From: Pseudomonadales bacterium
GTDB lineage: Bacteria > Pseudomonadota > Gammaproteobacteria > Pseudomonadales > Halieaceae
Assembly: GCA_024234675.1 (NCBI GenBank)
Contig: JACKNU010000004.1
Coordinates: 21,031-85,030, forward strand
DNA: 64,000 nt
Direction: 5' to 3'
Shown here: in pieces, positions 8,214-17,741 of the stretch
Position numbering within the stretch: position 1 is the first letter of the stretch
How the letters are laid out: each line of letters begins with the position of its first letter
Translations under genes and position numbers: made by a program
The notes under the pieces: generated by a model
Told to the model about the DNA's origin: nothing
Database searches by the model: none
What the model saw: only the letters and a program-made list of their open reading frames with translations

Positions 8214-11111
8214 ATGACTGGCCCGTCGCTGTTTGACCTGGAAAACCACGCGGAATTCATCCAACGCCATATCGGCCCGACTGTCAAACAGCAGACCGAA
8301 ATGGCCCGGGCCATCGGCTATGACAGCCTGGATGCGCTGATCGACGCCACGGTGCCCGCCGCCATCCGCCGCCAGCAGCCCATGGACCTGCCGGGGGCGC
8401 GCACCGAGCAGGCGGTGCTGGCGAAACTCCGCAAGCTGGCGGCGCGGAACGTGCTCAACAAATCCTTCATCGGCGCCGGCTACTATGACACCTATACCCC
8501 GGCGGTCATCCAGCGCAACGTGCTGGAAAACCCGGGTTGGTACACCGCCTATACGCCCTACCAGCCAGAGATATCCCAGGGCAGGCTGGAAGCCCTGCTG
8601 ACCTTCCAGCAGATGATCCTGGACCTGACCGGCATGGACCTGGCCAACGCCTCGCTGCTGGATGAGGGCACCGCGGCCGCCGAGGCCATGACCATGTTGC
8701 ACCGCGCCAACAAGAAAAACCGCAGCGACACTTTCCTGGTGGCCGCCGATTGTCACCCCCAGACCATCGCCGTGGTGAAAACCCGCGCCGAGGCGCTGGA
8801 TATCGAGGTCGTGGTCGGTGATCCCAACGAGTTGGTCGGCAGCACCGAGGCTTTCGGCCTGCTGCTGCAGTACCCCGGCACCTACGGCCACCTGCGGGAC
8901 ATCGCCCCGCTGATAGAGCGGGCGCACACCGCCACTACCCTGGTGACCGTCGCCGCCGACATCATGGCCCTGCTGCTGGTGAAATCCCCCGGTGCCCTGG
9001 GGGCGGACGTGGTGGTGGGCAACACCCAGCGCTTCGGCGTACCCATGGGTTTCGGGGGCCCCCACGCCGCCTACTTCGCCACCCGCGACGCCTACAAGCG
9101 CTCCACCCCCGGGCGCATCATCGGGGTATCGGTGGACCGCCGCGGCAACCAGGCCCTGCGCATGGCCATGCAGACCCGCGAGCAACACATCCGCCGCGAA
9201 AAGGCCACCAGCAACATCTGCACCGCCCAGGCCCTGCTGGCCATCATGGCCGCGTTCTACGCCATGTACCACGGGCCCGGCGGGCTGCGCCGCATCGCCC
9301 AGCGCATTCACGCCCTCACCGCCCTGCTGGAGAAGGGACTGGCCGACTGCGGCTGCAAGGCGGACAACGACAGCTTTTTCGATACCCTCACCTGCACCGT
9401 GGGCGACCGCCAGCAGGCCATCGTCGCGCGCGCCCTGGCGGCAGGCATGAACCTGCGCATCATCGGCGACGACCGCCTGGGTGTGTCCCTGGACGAAACC
9501 ACCACCGCGGCGGATGTGGCGCAACTGGTGGCGGTGTTCGGCGGTGGCGAGGGCCCGGACCTGGCCAAACCGACGCCCCGGCAGAGACGACCGCCGGCAT
9601 CCCCGCGGGCCTCGCCCGCGAGATCGACTACCTGCAGCACCCGCTGTTCAACGACTATCACTCGGAAACCGCCATGCTGCGCTATATGCGCTACCTGGAG
9701 GACAAGGACATCGCCCTGAACCGCGCCATGATTCCGCTGGGCAGCTGCACCATGAAGCTCAATGCCACCACCGAGATGCTGCCGGTGACCTGGCCGGAAT
9801 TCGCCGGCCTGCACCCCTTCGCGCCCGCCGACCAGACTGCCGGCTACCAGGCCATGCTGGCGGAACTGGAACACATGCTGCTGGAGTGCACCGGTTACGA
9901 TGCCATCTCGCTGCAGCCCAACGCCGGCTCCCAGGGGGAGTACGCCGGGCTACTGGCGATTCGCCGCTACCACGAGAGCCGCGGCGACACCCAGCGCAAT
10001 ATCTGCCTGATTCCCTCCTCGGCCCATGGCACCAACCCGGCCAGCGCCGCGCTGGCGGGCATGAAGGTGGTGATCGTCGAGTGCGACGCCCTGGGCAACG
10101 TCGACCTGGACGACCTGCGGGACAAGGCGGGCCGCCACCGGGAAGACCTGGCCTGCATCATGGTGACCTACCCCTCTACCCACGGGGTGTTCGAGGAGTC
10201 CATTGTCGAACTGTGCGAGATCGTCCACGAACACGGCGGCCAGGTCTACGTCGACGGCGCCAACCTCAACGCCCTGGTAGGCATCGCCGCCCCCGGTCAA
10301 TTCGGCGCCGACGTCTCCCACCTCAACCTGCACAAGACCTTCTGCATTCCCCACGGCGGCGGCGGTCCGGGCATGGGTCCCATCGGCGTGGGCGCGCACC
10401 TGCAGCCTTTCCTGCCCACCAACCCGGTGCAGCCGCTGCCCGGGCTGCCGGCGGACAACGACGTGGTCTCGTCCGCGCCTTACGGCAGCGCCTCCATACT
10501 GCCGATATCCTGGGCCTATATCGCCCTGATGGGCGGCGAGGGCCTGACCGAGGCGACCAAGGTGGCCATTCTCAGCGCCAACTACATCGCCCATCGGCTG
10601 CAAAATCACTTCCCTGTGCTCTATACCGGCAGCAGCGGCAACGTCGCCCACGAGTGCATTCTGGATATCCGCCCCATCAAGGAAGCCAGCGGTATCACCG
10701 AAGAGGATATCGCCAAGCGCCTCATAGACTACGGCTTTCACGCCCCCACCATGTCCTTCCCGGTGGCCGGCACCCTGATGGTGGAACCCACCGAATCCGA
10801 ATCCCTGGAGGAACTGGACCGTTTCTGCGACGCCATGATCGCCATCCGCGAGGAGATCACCGCCGTGCAGAGAGGGCAGGCTGGATGCCGCCGACAATCC
10901 CCTGGTCAACGCGCCCCATACCCTGGCGGACGTGGCCGCCACCGCCTGGGAACACCCCTACTCCCGCGAGCTGGCCGCCTATCCGGTGGAGTCCCTGCGC
11001 CGCTACAAGTACTGGTCGCCGGTCAATCGGGTGGACAACGTCTATGGAGACCGGCACCTGCATTGCTCTTGCCCGGCGGTTGATTCCTACCGGGTGGAGG
11101 CGGACGGATGA
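8214..11111 (+). CDS. gcvP: glycine dehydrogenase (decarboxylating) GcvP, interrupted by two frameshifts in this assembly
   Basis: [22 protein letters not shown]..., [36 protein letters not shown] and a C-terminus NPLVNAPHT...[11 protein letters not shown]. The homologous sequence runs in frame 0 (8214 to about 9570), frame 2 (to about 10870), then frame 0 again to the TGA at 11109-11111. Confidence 0.9.
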
Positions 11112-11187
11112 CAGACCAGGATGAAAGATACGCCTGGTTGGCAGGCAATCATCGGCGGTTGGACCGCCGGCGGGAAAGGCGCCTGCA

Positions 11188-11742
11188 CTAGGGTCGAACG
11201 ATCTGCCTGCTTGCGGCAACCTGTTGGATGAACGACAGGATCTGCCTGGAGGTATAGGCTCTGGCCGGCTCCAGTTCGCCGTCGTTGGTCGCGCCGATCA
11301 ATTGGCCGTCCTCGTCAAAGAAAACGGCTACGGGGATACCCCGCCTGCTGGTGACGCCGAGCGCTTCGGCGAAATCCTGGTTCTTGTCAAACTGGCCGAC
11401 GTCCACCCTGACGATCTCGAAGTTCCGCTGGGCGTAGTCGCGCACGGTGTCGCTTTCCAGCTGGGCATGCAGGGCGAGGCAATCGGGACACCAGTTCGCG
11501 CCGAAGATCACCATGACCAGCTTGTCCTCCGCGGCGGCCCGGCGCTGCGCCAGTGCCAGTTGCCGCCGGGGATCAGCGCCCTCGGGATAGGGCAGCCTAT
11601 CGGAATCCACCCCGTACTTCTGGTAGAGCGCATCCTGATGCCAATGATGGCGTAGCACCTGGAAGGCTTTATACCCCGCCAATGCAGCGCACAGCGCCAA
11701 CAGGACTGCGGCGACGAGCCAATTCAGCGGCAACCGGGCCAT
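11188..11742 (-). CDS. thioredoxin-fold protein with N-terminal membrane anchor (CxxC)
   Basis: WCPDC active-site motif within VMVIFGANWCPDCLAL. Hydrophobic N-terminus MARLPLNWLVAAVLLALCAALAG. Start chosen at this internal Met. Confidence 0.7.
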   Translation of the reverse strand: MARLPLNWLVAAVLLALCAALAGYKAFQVLRHHWHQDALYQKYGVDSDRLPYPEGADPRRQLALAQRRAAAEDKLVMVIFGANWCPDCLALHAQLESDTVRDYAQRNFEIVRVDVGQFDKNQDFAEALGVTSRRGIPVAVFFDEDGQLIGATNDGELEPARAYTSRQILSFIQQVAASRQIVRP

Positions 11743-11761
11743 CAGGGGGATGTGCTCCGGC

Positions 11762-11932
11762 CTATTTCGGACCGGCGAGATACCAGATGACAAGGCCGAG
11801 AACGGGCAGGACGATGATCAGCAATGACCACAGGATTTTGGCGCCTACCGAGGCGCCGGAACCAATGACTCGCACTATGGCCCAGATATCCAGCACAAGG
11901 ACGACGAAGCCGAGTAGTCCCCCGATTTCCAT
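11762..11932 (-). CDS. small membrane protein, PLDc_N (cardiolipin synthase N-terminal) domain-like
   Basis: Hand-translated 56-aa ORF, below the track cutoff: MEIGGLLGFVVLVLDIWAIVRVIGSGASVGAKILWSLLIIVLPVLGLVIWYLAGPK. Two TM helices with the typical ..ILW..L....P.LG...Y pattern. Confidence 0.65.
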   Translation of the reverse strand: MEIGGLLGFVVLVLDIWAIVRVIGSGASVGAKILWSLLIIVLPVLGLVIWYLAGPK

Positions 11933-12192
11933 ACTGTTCTCCTTTTTCGCGACCAGGTCATTATAGGCCAGGATTGCACCACCAGGTACAGGATTACGTC
12001 AACGCCATTGCCGGATTCTACGCAACCACCTGGGTCAACGATGGCGTGGTGTTCTGGTGAGACCCGACACCCGGCCCGATTATGCCGGCCCGCAATGTCT
12101 GCTACTATCGCACCCGAATGCCTGCCGGGGTGGATTGTTCCGCTCTATGCCAGGTGGCCCGGTTAGTTTGCAACCATAAAGGGAGACACGAG

Positions 12193-12552
12193 ATGCTGGG
12201 TTTCAGGACATTTATGGCCGTCATTTTTGTGTCCATCCTTGGGTACACGGCTATTACGATTTCCAACCATGGCTGGAACCTGCTGCCCATTTTCTTCGGC
12301 GATATGCTCGCCATGACATGGCCGGGACAATTCAATTTTGACTTCATGGCCTTTCTGATGCTGTCGGGTTTGTGGGTGGCCTGGCGCCACAACTTTTCCA
12401 TCGGCGGCCTGGTGCTGGGGGCGATCGCCATCCTGGGGGGCATGCTGTTTCTTTCCTTATACCTGCTTATCGCCAGCACGGCAGCCAAGGGGGACGTACG
12501 GGAACTGCTTCTGGGCAGGCACCGGGCTGCCAGCCAGAGCCCTGCGCCTTAA
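12193..12552 (+). CDS. small integral membrane protein (about 4 TM), uncharacterised
   Basis: ATG at 12193 preceded by AAAGGGAGA. The 119-aa hydrophobic protein starts MLGFRTFMAVIFVSILGY. Its stop directly abuts the next gene. Confidence 0.6.
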   Translation: MLGFRTFMAVIFVSILGYTAITISNHGWNLLPIFFGDMLAMTWPGQFNFDFMAFLMLSGLWVAWRHNFSIGGLVLGAIAILGGMLFLSLYLLIASTAAKGDVRELLLGRHRAASQSPAP

Positions 12553-13701
12553 GTGCGTATGGAACACAAGCTACCCAGCGGTAAACGGGCCGGCCTGCTG
12601 CTGTGCTGCCTGGTGATCGCGGCGGCGATCGCCTGGTCGGGATTGCTGGAAGATTTCTCCGAGGATTACGTCAACCGGGCCTTCGCCGGGGCGGGACTGA
12701 TCTACGCCACCGCCCGCGGCATCAATGGCCTGGTCTCGGTGTTGCAGGGCACCGAGCTGGATGTGGTGTTCGTCACCGTCGCCGTCGGCGAGGCGCTGGA
12801 TCCGATCAATGACCTGATAGAGCGTTTTTCCGATTTCATCCTGGTGGCGCTGGGCTCCCTGGCCCTGCAAAAAATACTGTTGGGACTGGTTTCCCACACG
12901 CTGTTCAACACCCTGCTCACGGCGCTCGCAGCGGGTGTCGCCATTACCCTGCTGCGCCGCGATCCCAGCCTGTACAAGCCCCTGTTCCAGGCCTTCCTGG
13001 TCACCGCCTTCCTGCGTTTCTCCCTGGGCCTGGTCGTGCTCGCCAACAACTGGGTGGACAGCACCTTCCTGCAGGAACAGGACCAGCAGCGCCACGCGGC
13101 CATGGAATCTTTCCATGGGGAACTGCGCGAAGCCAGTGCCCTCGCCGGCGCCAGCGACTCCTTCGAAGCACAGATCGAGGAGAGCAGGCAGCAGTTGAAC
13201 CGGCTGGAGAGCCGACGCCTGCGCAACGCCCAGTCCCTGGACGAGGTGCAACGCGAACTGGCTCTGGCCGAAACCAGGCTGGCCGACCTGATCAGCGCCG
13301 ACGGACTGGGCTGCACCGCCATCACCGTGTCGCGCCACACCTGCTCGGAAACCGTGCTGCGGGCGGCTGAAACCCGGGAGCAGCTGGCGCAGACCGCGGA
13401 TGCCCTGGAACTCAGGGCCGAGGAAATAGCCGCGGCCGCCGCGGAGCAGGAAGAAGCCCTGGCGTGCCTGCAAAAACGCTCCCGGGGCGAGAGCTGTGGC
13501 CTGCTGGACAGCATGCGCAACACCGTGTCGCCACAGCAGTTGCGCAACAAGATCAGCGACCTGGAAAACGGCATGAACGCCTTCGCCGAGAATACCATCG
13601 ACCTGCTGGTCTCGCTGTTGCTCAAGTCGGTTGCCATTCCCCTGGTGTTTTTCTATCTGCTGCTGAAGCTGCTACGCATGAACTGGTCGAGGTTTTCATG
13701 A
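12553..13701 (+). CDS. hypothetical membrane protein with central coiled-coil region
   Basis: 382-aa ORF (GTG 12553, or ATG 12559). Hydrophobic N-terminal half, then a Q/E/R/L/A-rich helical segment (about aa 170-330) and a C-terminal TM. GC3-rich codon usage. No motif I recognise. Confidence 0.55.
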   Translation: MRMEHKLPSGKRAGLLLCCLVIAAAIAWSGLLEDFSEDYVNRAFAGAGLIYATARGINGLVSVLQGTELDVVFVTVAVGEALDPINDLIERFSDFILVALGSLALQKILLGLVSHTLFNTLLTALAAGVAITLLRRDPSLYKPLFQAFLVTAFLRFSLGLVVLANNWVDSTFLQEQDQQRHAAMESFHGELREASALAGASDSFEAQIEESRQQLNRLESRRLRNAQSLDEVQRELALAETRLADLISADGLGCTAITVSRHTCSETVLRAAETREQLAQTADALELRAEEIAAAAAEQEEALACLQKRSRGESCGLLDSMRNTVSPQQLRNKISDLENGMNAFAENTIDLLVSLLLKSVAIPLVFFYLLLKLLRMNWSRFS

Positions 13702-14981
13702 CGCGATACCCACGCATCATCCTGCACGCCGGCCTGCACAAGACAGGCACCACCAGCGTGCAGGAAAACTGCGCGCGCCACGCCGGGTTGTTGCTGCAGC
13801 ACGGCATCGTCTATCCGAGCTTCAGTTTGCGGGACCGCAGGATCAACAATCACTCCGATCCGCTGGCGGGGGTGTTCAGCTCCCGCCCCCTGGCCTACGG
13901 CATGGTACGGCGCCAGGGCGTCGAGGACGATCCCACTGTCGCCATCTCCGCCTTCACCGAGCAGTTTGACGCAATACTGGCGGAGCCCGGGGGCGAGACG
14001 CTGCTGCTGTCGGCGGAGATGGTTGCCGATTTCAACCCGGATGACGTCGGCGCCCTGAAAAAGCGCCTGCTGGAAGCGACCGACAGGCTGCAGGTCATCG
14101 CCTATGTACGCAGCCCCGAGAGCTCGCTGGCAAGCATCCTGCAGCAGCGCGCCCTCGCCGGCTTCGCCGGCAAGCCCCAGGACCTCACCGACGTCGTGCG
14201 CAATCGCTTCGAGCGCCTGCGGCGGGCCTTCCCCGATACCCTCGAGCTGCAGAACTTTCACCAGGCGGTGCTGCATCCCGGCGGCCTGGTGGCTCATTTT
14301 CTCGAGCTCATCGGCCTGTCCCGCAGCACCGTTGAGTCCCTGGATTTCAGCCATGCCAATTCGCGCGTATCCGCAGAGGCCTACCGCCTGATAGAGGCCA
14401 TCAACCTCGCCTATCCGCACGGCAGCAGCGAGCAACACGGGGTAAAGCGCCACTATCACGATATGCGCTCACTACAGGCGCTGCCGGGGCAGACATTTCG
14501 CATCGACGCCAGCGAGGACCCGGAGCTAGTCGCAGCGCTCGCGCGTGAAAGCGCCTGGCTGGAACGGGCGCTGGGATGGCCCTTCCCGGCACCCTCGACG
14601 GAAGCCGGCGGCGAGCTCTGGCAGCTGCCCACCCTGCTGGAACTGGAAGCCGCCATCGGCAGACTCGACAGCGCACCGCTGCGCCGCTGCGCCACAGATG
14701 CGCTGCAGACCCAGGCCCGGGCTATAGAGAGCGACAACCCTGGCAACGCGGCGATATTGCGCTTTATTGCCAGCAAATTGGATAAGTCGGGAGACTGCCC
14801 CACTGCCCTGGCGCTGGACCGACTGGGGGCGGATCACTTCAAGTTTGCCGCCCTGCAGTTCGAACAGGTCGCCCCGGAAACCGCCTACTACCTGATGTCC
14901 CTGGCCGGCGAGTTGCGCCCCGATGCGCCCTTTATCAACGAACGCATTCGCCATTATCGAGACAAGCTGGGGCAGAAGTAA
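13698..14981 (+). CDS. hypothetical protein with sulfotransferase-like P-loop (HKTGTTS)
   Basis: Start MTRYPRIILHAGLHKTGTTSVQ overlaps the upstream stop (ATGA at 13698-13701). The motif resembles the PAPS-binding 5'-PSB loop of sulfotransferases. The remaining 400 aa are unassigned. Confidence 0.5.
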   Translation: MTRYPRIILHAGLHKTGTTSVQENCARHAGLLLQHGIVYPSFSLRDRRINNHSDPLAGVFSSRPLAYGMVRRQGVEDDPTVAISAFTEQFDAILAEPGGETLLLSAEMVADFNPDDVGALKKRLLEATDRLQVIAYVRSPESSLASILQQRALAGFAGKPQDLTDVVRNRFERLRRAFPDTLELQNFHQAVLHPGGLVAHFLELIGLSRSTVESLDFSHANSRVSAEAYRLIEAINLAYPHGSSEQHGVKRHYHDMRSLQALPGQTFRIDASEDPELVAALARESAWLERALGWPFPAPSTEAGGELWQLPTLLELEAAIGRLDSAPLRRCATDALQTQARAIESDNPGNAAILRFIASKLDKSGDCPTALALDRLGADHFKFAALQFEQVAPETAYYLMSLAGELRPDAPFINERIRHYRDKLGQK

Positions 14982-14993
14982 GGGGCCATAGAA

Positions 14994-15015
14994 AAAGCCC
15001 GCTCGCGCGGGCTTT
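14994..15015. terminator. bidirectional hairpin terminator between convergent genes
   Basis: AAAGCCCGC-TCGC-GCGGGCTTT lies between the stops at 14981 (+) and 15037 (-). There is a T5 tract on the minus-strand side and T3 on the plus side. Confidence 0.7.
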
Positions 15016-15036
15016 CAGTCACTGCCTGGTGCGGCC

Positions 15037-16590
15037 CTACTTCTCGTTGAGGAAGCGCTCGGTCAGCTTGTCGATAGACCAGGAGTCGGGCTTCTGGCTG
15101 GGCGGGTATTCCTTGAACGTGCCCAGGAACTGGGCCATTACCGCCATGCCTTTATAGCCCTGGGGCGCCTTGTCTATCATCCAGTCCCAGTAGGTATTGG
15201 AGTTGTGGTCCGCGCGCTCGAAGGGGTCGCGGCGCAGGTGAAAGATCTTGAACATGCGCAAGGTCTTGAAGGGCTCGGCCCACAGGGCCATGGTCTGGGC
15301 GTTGTTTTCCGCGAACACCAGCTTCCAGTCGTCCACCCGGATACCCACCGGCATGCCACTGTCCATCAGGTAGATGTACTCCCGGCGCGGCGACTTGTCC
15401 GTCTCGCCAGTCAGGTAGGGCAGGAAGTTGTATCCATCCAGGTGCAACCTGGCTTTCTTGCTGCCCACCTGCTTGCCCTTGAGCAGATCCTGCTTCAGGT
15501 TGGGATCGCCGGCCACGGCCGCCAGGGTGGGCATCCAGTCCAGGTGCGCCATCACATTGTTGGAGATCTGACCGGGCTTGATTTTCGCCGGCCAGCGCAC
15601 CATGGCGGGCACCCGGTAGGCGCCCTCCCAGTTGGTATTCTTCTCGCTGCGAAACGGGGTGATACCGGAATCCGGCCAGGTATTGTAGTGCACGCCGTTG
15701 TCGGTGGAGTAGAACACGATGGTGTTATCGGCAATCTTCAGTTGGTCCAGCTGGTCCAGCATCTGCCCTACCAGTTTGTCATGGGCCACCATCACGTCAT
15801 TGTAGAAGCCCTGGCCAGAGAGGCCCTTGTTCTTCTCGGCGATGTGGGTACGGAAATGCATGCCGGTGGTGTTCAGCCAGACGAAGAAGGGCTTGTCGGC
15901 CTTCACCGCCTTGTCGATGAACTTCTTCGCCGCGGCGACAAATTCCTCGTCCGCGGTTTCCATGCGCTTGCGGGTCAGCGCGCCGGTGTCCTCGATGCGA
16001 CCATCGGCGTAGGAGTGAATGACGCCGCGGGGGCCGAACATCTTGCGGAAACCGGGATCGGTGGGATAGTCGGGATCCTCCGGCTCCTCTTCCGCATTCA
16101 GGTGGTAGAGATTGCCGAAGAACTCATCGAAGCCGTGATTGGTGGGCAGGAAGATATCCTGGTCACCCAGGTGATTCTTGCCGAACTGGCCGGTGGAGTA
16201 ACCGTGGGTTTTCAGCACCTCGGCGATAGTGATATCGCGGTCCTGGATACCCAACTCGGCGCCGGGCAGGCCGACCTTGGTCAACCCTGTACGCAGCCCG
16301 GACTGGCCGGTAATAAAGGTCGAGCGGCCGGCGGTGCAGCTCTGGTCGCCGTAATAATCGGTAAAACGGATACCCTCGTTGGCGATGCGGTCGATATTGG
16401 GGGTGTGGTAGCCCATGATACCGTCGCTGTAGGCGCTGATATTGGTGATCCCGATATCGTCGCCCCAGATCACCAGGATATTGGGCTTGTCCGCCGCCTG
16501 GGACAGGCTGGTAAACCCGGCCCCCAGCAGCAGTATGCCTCCCGCCAGCAGGCGACGACAGGCGCTTGTTTTGTTGTTCCGAAATCTCAT
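15037..16590 (-). CDS. arylsulfatase (Cys-type, formylglycine-dependent)
   Basis: Sulfatase signature SCTAGRSTFITGQ (C-x-A-x-R) and PNILVIWGDDIG. Start placed at MRFRNNKTSACRRLLAGG.. (signal peptide) at 16590. Confidence 0.9.
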   Translation of the reverse strand: MRFRNNKTSACRRLLAGGILLLGAGFTSLSQAADKPNILVIWGDDIGITNISAYSDGIMGYHTPNIDRIANEGIRFTDYYGDQSCTAGRSTFITGQSGLRTGLTKVGLPGAELGIQDRDITIAEVLKTHGYSTGQFGKNHLGDQDIFLPTNHGFDEFFGNLYHLNAEEEPEDPDYPTDPGFRKMFGPRGVIHSYADGRIEDTGALTRKRMETADEEFVAAAKKFIDKAVKADKPFFVWLNTTGMHFRTHIAEKNKGLSGQGFYNDVMVAHDKLVGQMLDQLDQLKIADNTIVFYSTDNGVHYNTWPDSGITPFRSEKNTNWEGAYRVPAMVRWPAKIKPGQISNNVMAHLDWMPTLAAVAGDPNLKQDLLKGKQVGSKKARLHLDGYNFLPYLTGETDKSPRREYIYLMDSGMPVGIRVDDWKLVFAENNAQTMALWAEPFKTLRMFKIFHLRRDPFERADHNSNTYWDWMIDKAPQGYKGMAVMAQFLGTFKEYPPSQKPDSWSIDKLTERFLNEK

Positions 16591-16786
16591 GGGTAGTCCT
16601 CTAAGGGTGCTCTTGTTCGAATTATCGATATCAATGCGGCTGGAAAAACCGAGACATAGTATTGCCCAGCAAATAAATAAAGCAACCTTTGGCAACGAGC
16701 GACAATATTCACGTTGTTTTGAACCTCGCATTCATTGCCTTGTCACAAGAAATAGTTATCATGGCGCCGCGCTGGCACAAGGCTTC

Positions 16787-16802
16787 TGGCACAAAGCTTG
16801 CT
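16787..16802 (+). promoter_or_regulatory. sigma54-type -24/-12 promoter motif
   Basis: TGGCAC-aaagc-TTGCT matches the TGGCAC-N5-TTGCW consensus exactly. It lies about 165 nt upstream of the 16966 ORF. It is preceded by a tandem near-copy, ctggcacaaggctt, that lacks the -12 GC. Confidence 0.45.
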
Positions 16803-16965
16803 GCAATCTCCTGAGAGGTGCGCGCAAGCAGCGAAATGTACTTGTTCAGGCCGGTTTTGAACCTGGCGCTGCGCCATAAGCATGCACCGACACAGGCAGC
16901 GCACCAGCTGCGTGCAGCGTGCCAGCAAAACCCCGTAACCCGGAACCACCGCGGAGACTGCCACA

Positions 16966-17238
16966 ATGCAACCGAACACCCAGCCCCAGAGCCGCCTGCG
17001 CCGCACCGTGGACGAGTTGATTATCGCCGAGATGTTCCTGGTGTACGCCACCATCGAGAGTGCCGCCGCCATCAGCGACGGCCTGGGCCAATTGGGCAGG
17101 CAACTGACTACCGGCGAGCAGCCGGGTGACACGCCCGCCGATTCGCTGCGCAACACCCTGAAAAAAATGGCCGGCGAGGCGGCAGAGCCCTACTCCAGCC
17201 GGTTTAACTACCTGCGGGATCGCCTGCGCGACAACTGA
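16966..17238 (+). CDS. hypothetical 90-aa protein
   Basis: ATG preceded by GGAGA with an 8-nt spacer. Strong GC3 bias. It ends 5 nt before the frame-corrected stop of the convergent DUF1244 gene. No recognisable motif. Confidence 0.55.
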   Translation: MQPNTQPQSRLRRTVDELIIAEMFLVYATIESAAAISDGLGQLGRQLTTGEQPGDTPADSLRNTLKKMAGEAAEPYSSRFNYLRDRLRDN

Positions 17239-17243
17239 CGGGC

Positions 17244-17551
17244 CTACTGCGGTTTGTTGCGTTCAAAGGCGGCCCGTTGCTCGGCGTCGTCGCCTCCCCC
17301 TGGTAACGCTGCTTCCACTGCTCGTAGGGCATACCGTAAACCCGCTCCCGGGCGGCATCATAGTCCACCGCCAGCCCCTCTTCTTCCGCAGCTGCCATAT
17401 ACCACTTGGAGAGGCAGTTGCGACAAAATCCCGCCAGGTTCATCAGATCGATGTTCTGCACGTCCTTGCGGCTGTCCAGGTGTTGCAGCAGGCGGCGGAA
17501 CACGGCCGCCTCGATACGGGTGAGCTGCTCGGCGGGTTGGGTGTCAGGCAT
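17244..17551 (-). CDS. DUF1244 family protein (frameshift near 17283-17293 in this assembly)
   Basis: NIDLMNLAGFCRNCLSKWY..YGMPYEQWKQRYQ is typical of DUF1244. The expected tail DAEQRAAFERNKPQ* is in the -1 frame and ends with a TAG at 17244-17246. Confidence 0.7.
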
Positions 17552-17584
17552 GATGGGGTCCTCCGTTGTGGGGCGGTTGGCCTG

Positions 17585-17720
17585 GTCGAATGAATTCGAC
17601 CCTACATTGTGCGCGGGTTATGGTCGAATGAATTCGACCCTACATTGTACGCGGGTTATGGTCGAATGAATTCGACCCTACATTGTACGCGGGTTATGGT
17701 CGAATGAATTCGACCCTACG
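17585..17720. repeat. tandem array of a 38-bp REP-like unit (3 full copies plus one 22-nt partial)
   Basis: The unit ggtcgaatgaattcgaccctacattgtRcgcgggttat occurs at 17585, 17623, 17661 and, partially, 17699. Each carries the 8-bp-stem palindrome GGTCGAAT-GA-ATTCGACC. Confidence 0.9.
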
Positions 17721-17741
17721 GGGTTGGCGTTTCAGGGTGCA

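Noticed and set aside
8079-9524. Upstream 480 codons of the 681-aa minus-strand ORF 7479..9524
   Set aside because: This part is antisense to the clearly homologous gcvP and has Gly/Ala/Arg/His-rich composition typical of shadow frames in GC-rich DNA. Only the last 199 codons (the UDG-family gene) look real.
11970-12060. Coding-like stretch ..QDYVNAIAGFYATTWVNDGVVFW* with high GC3 in the intergenic region upstream of 12193
   Set aside because: It could be a C-terminal gene remnant, but the open frame is short, has no credible start, and I cannot match it to any family. Not supportable without a database search.
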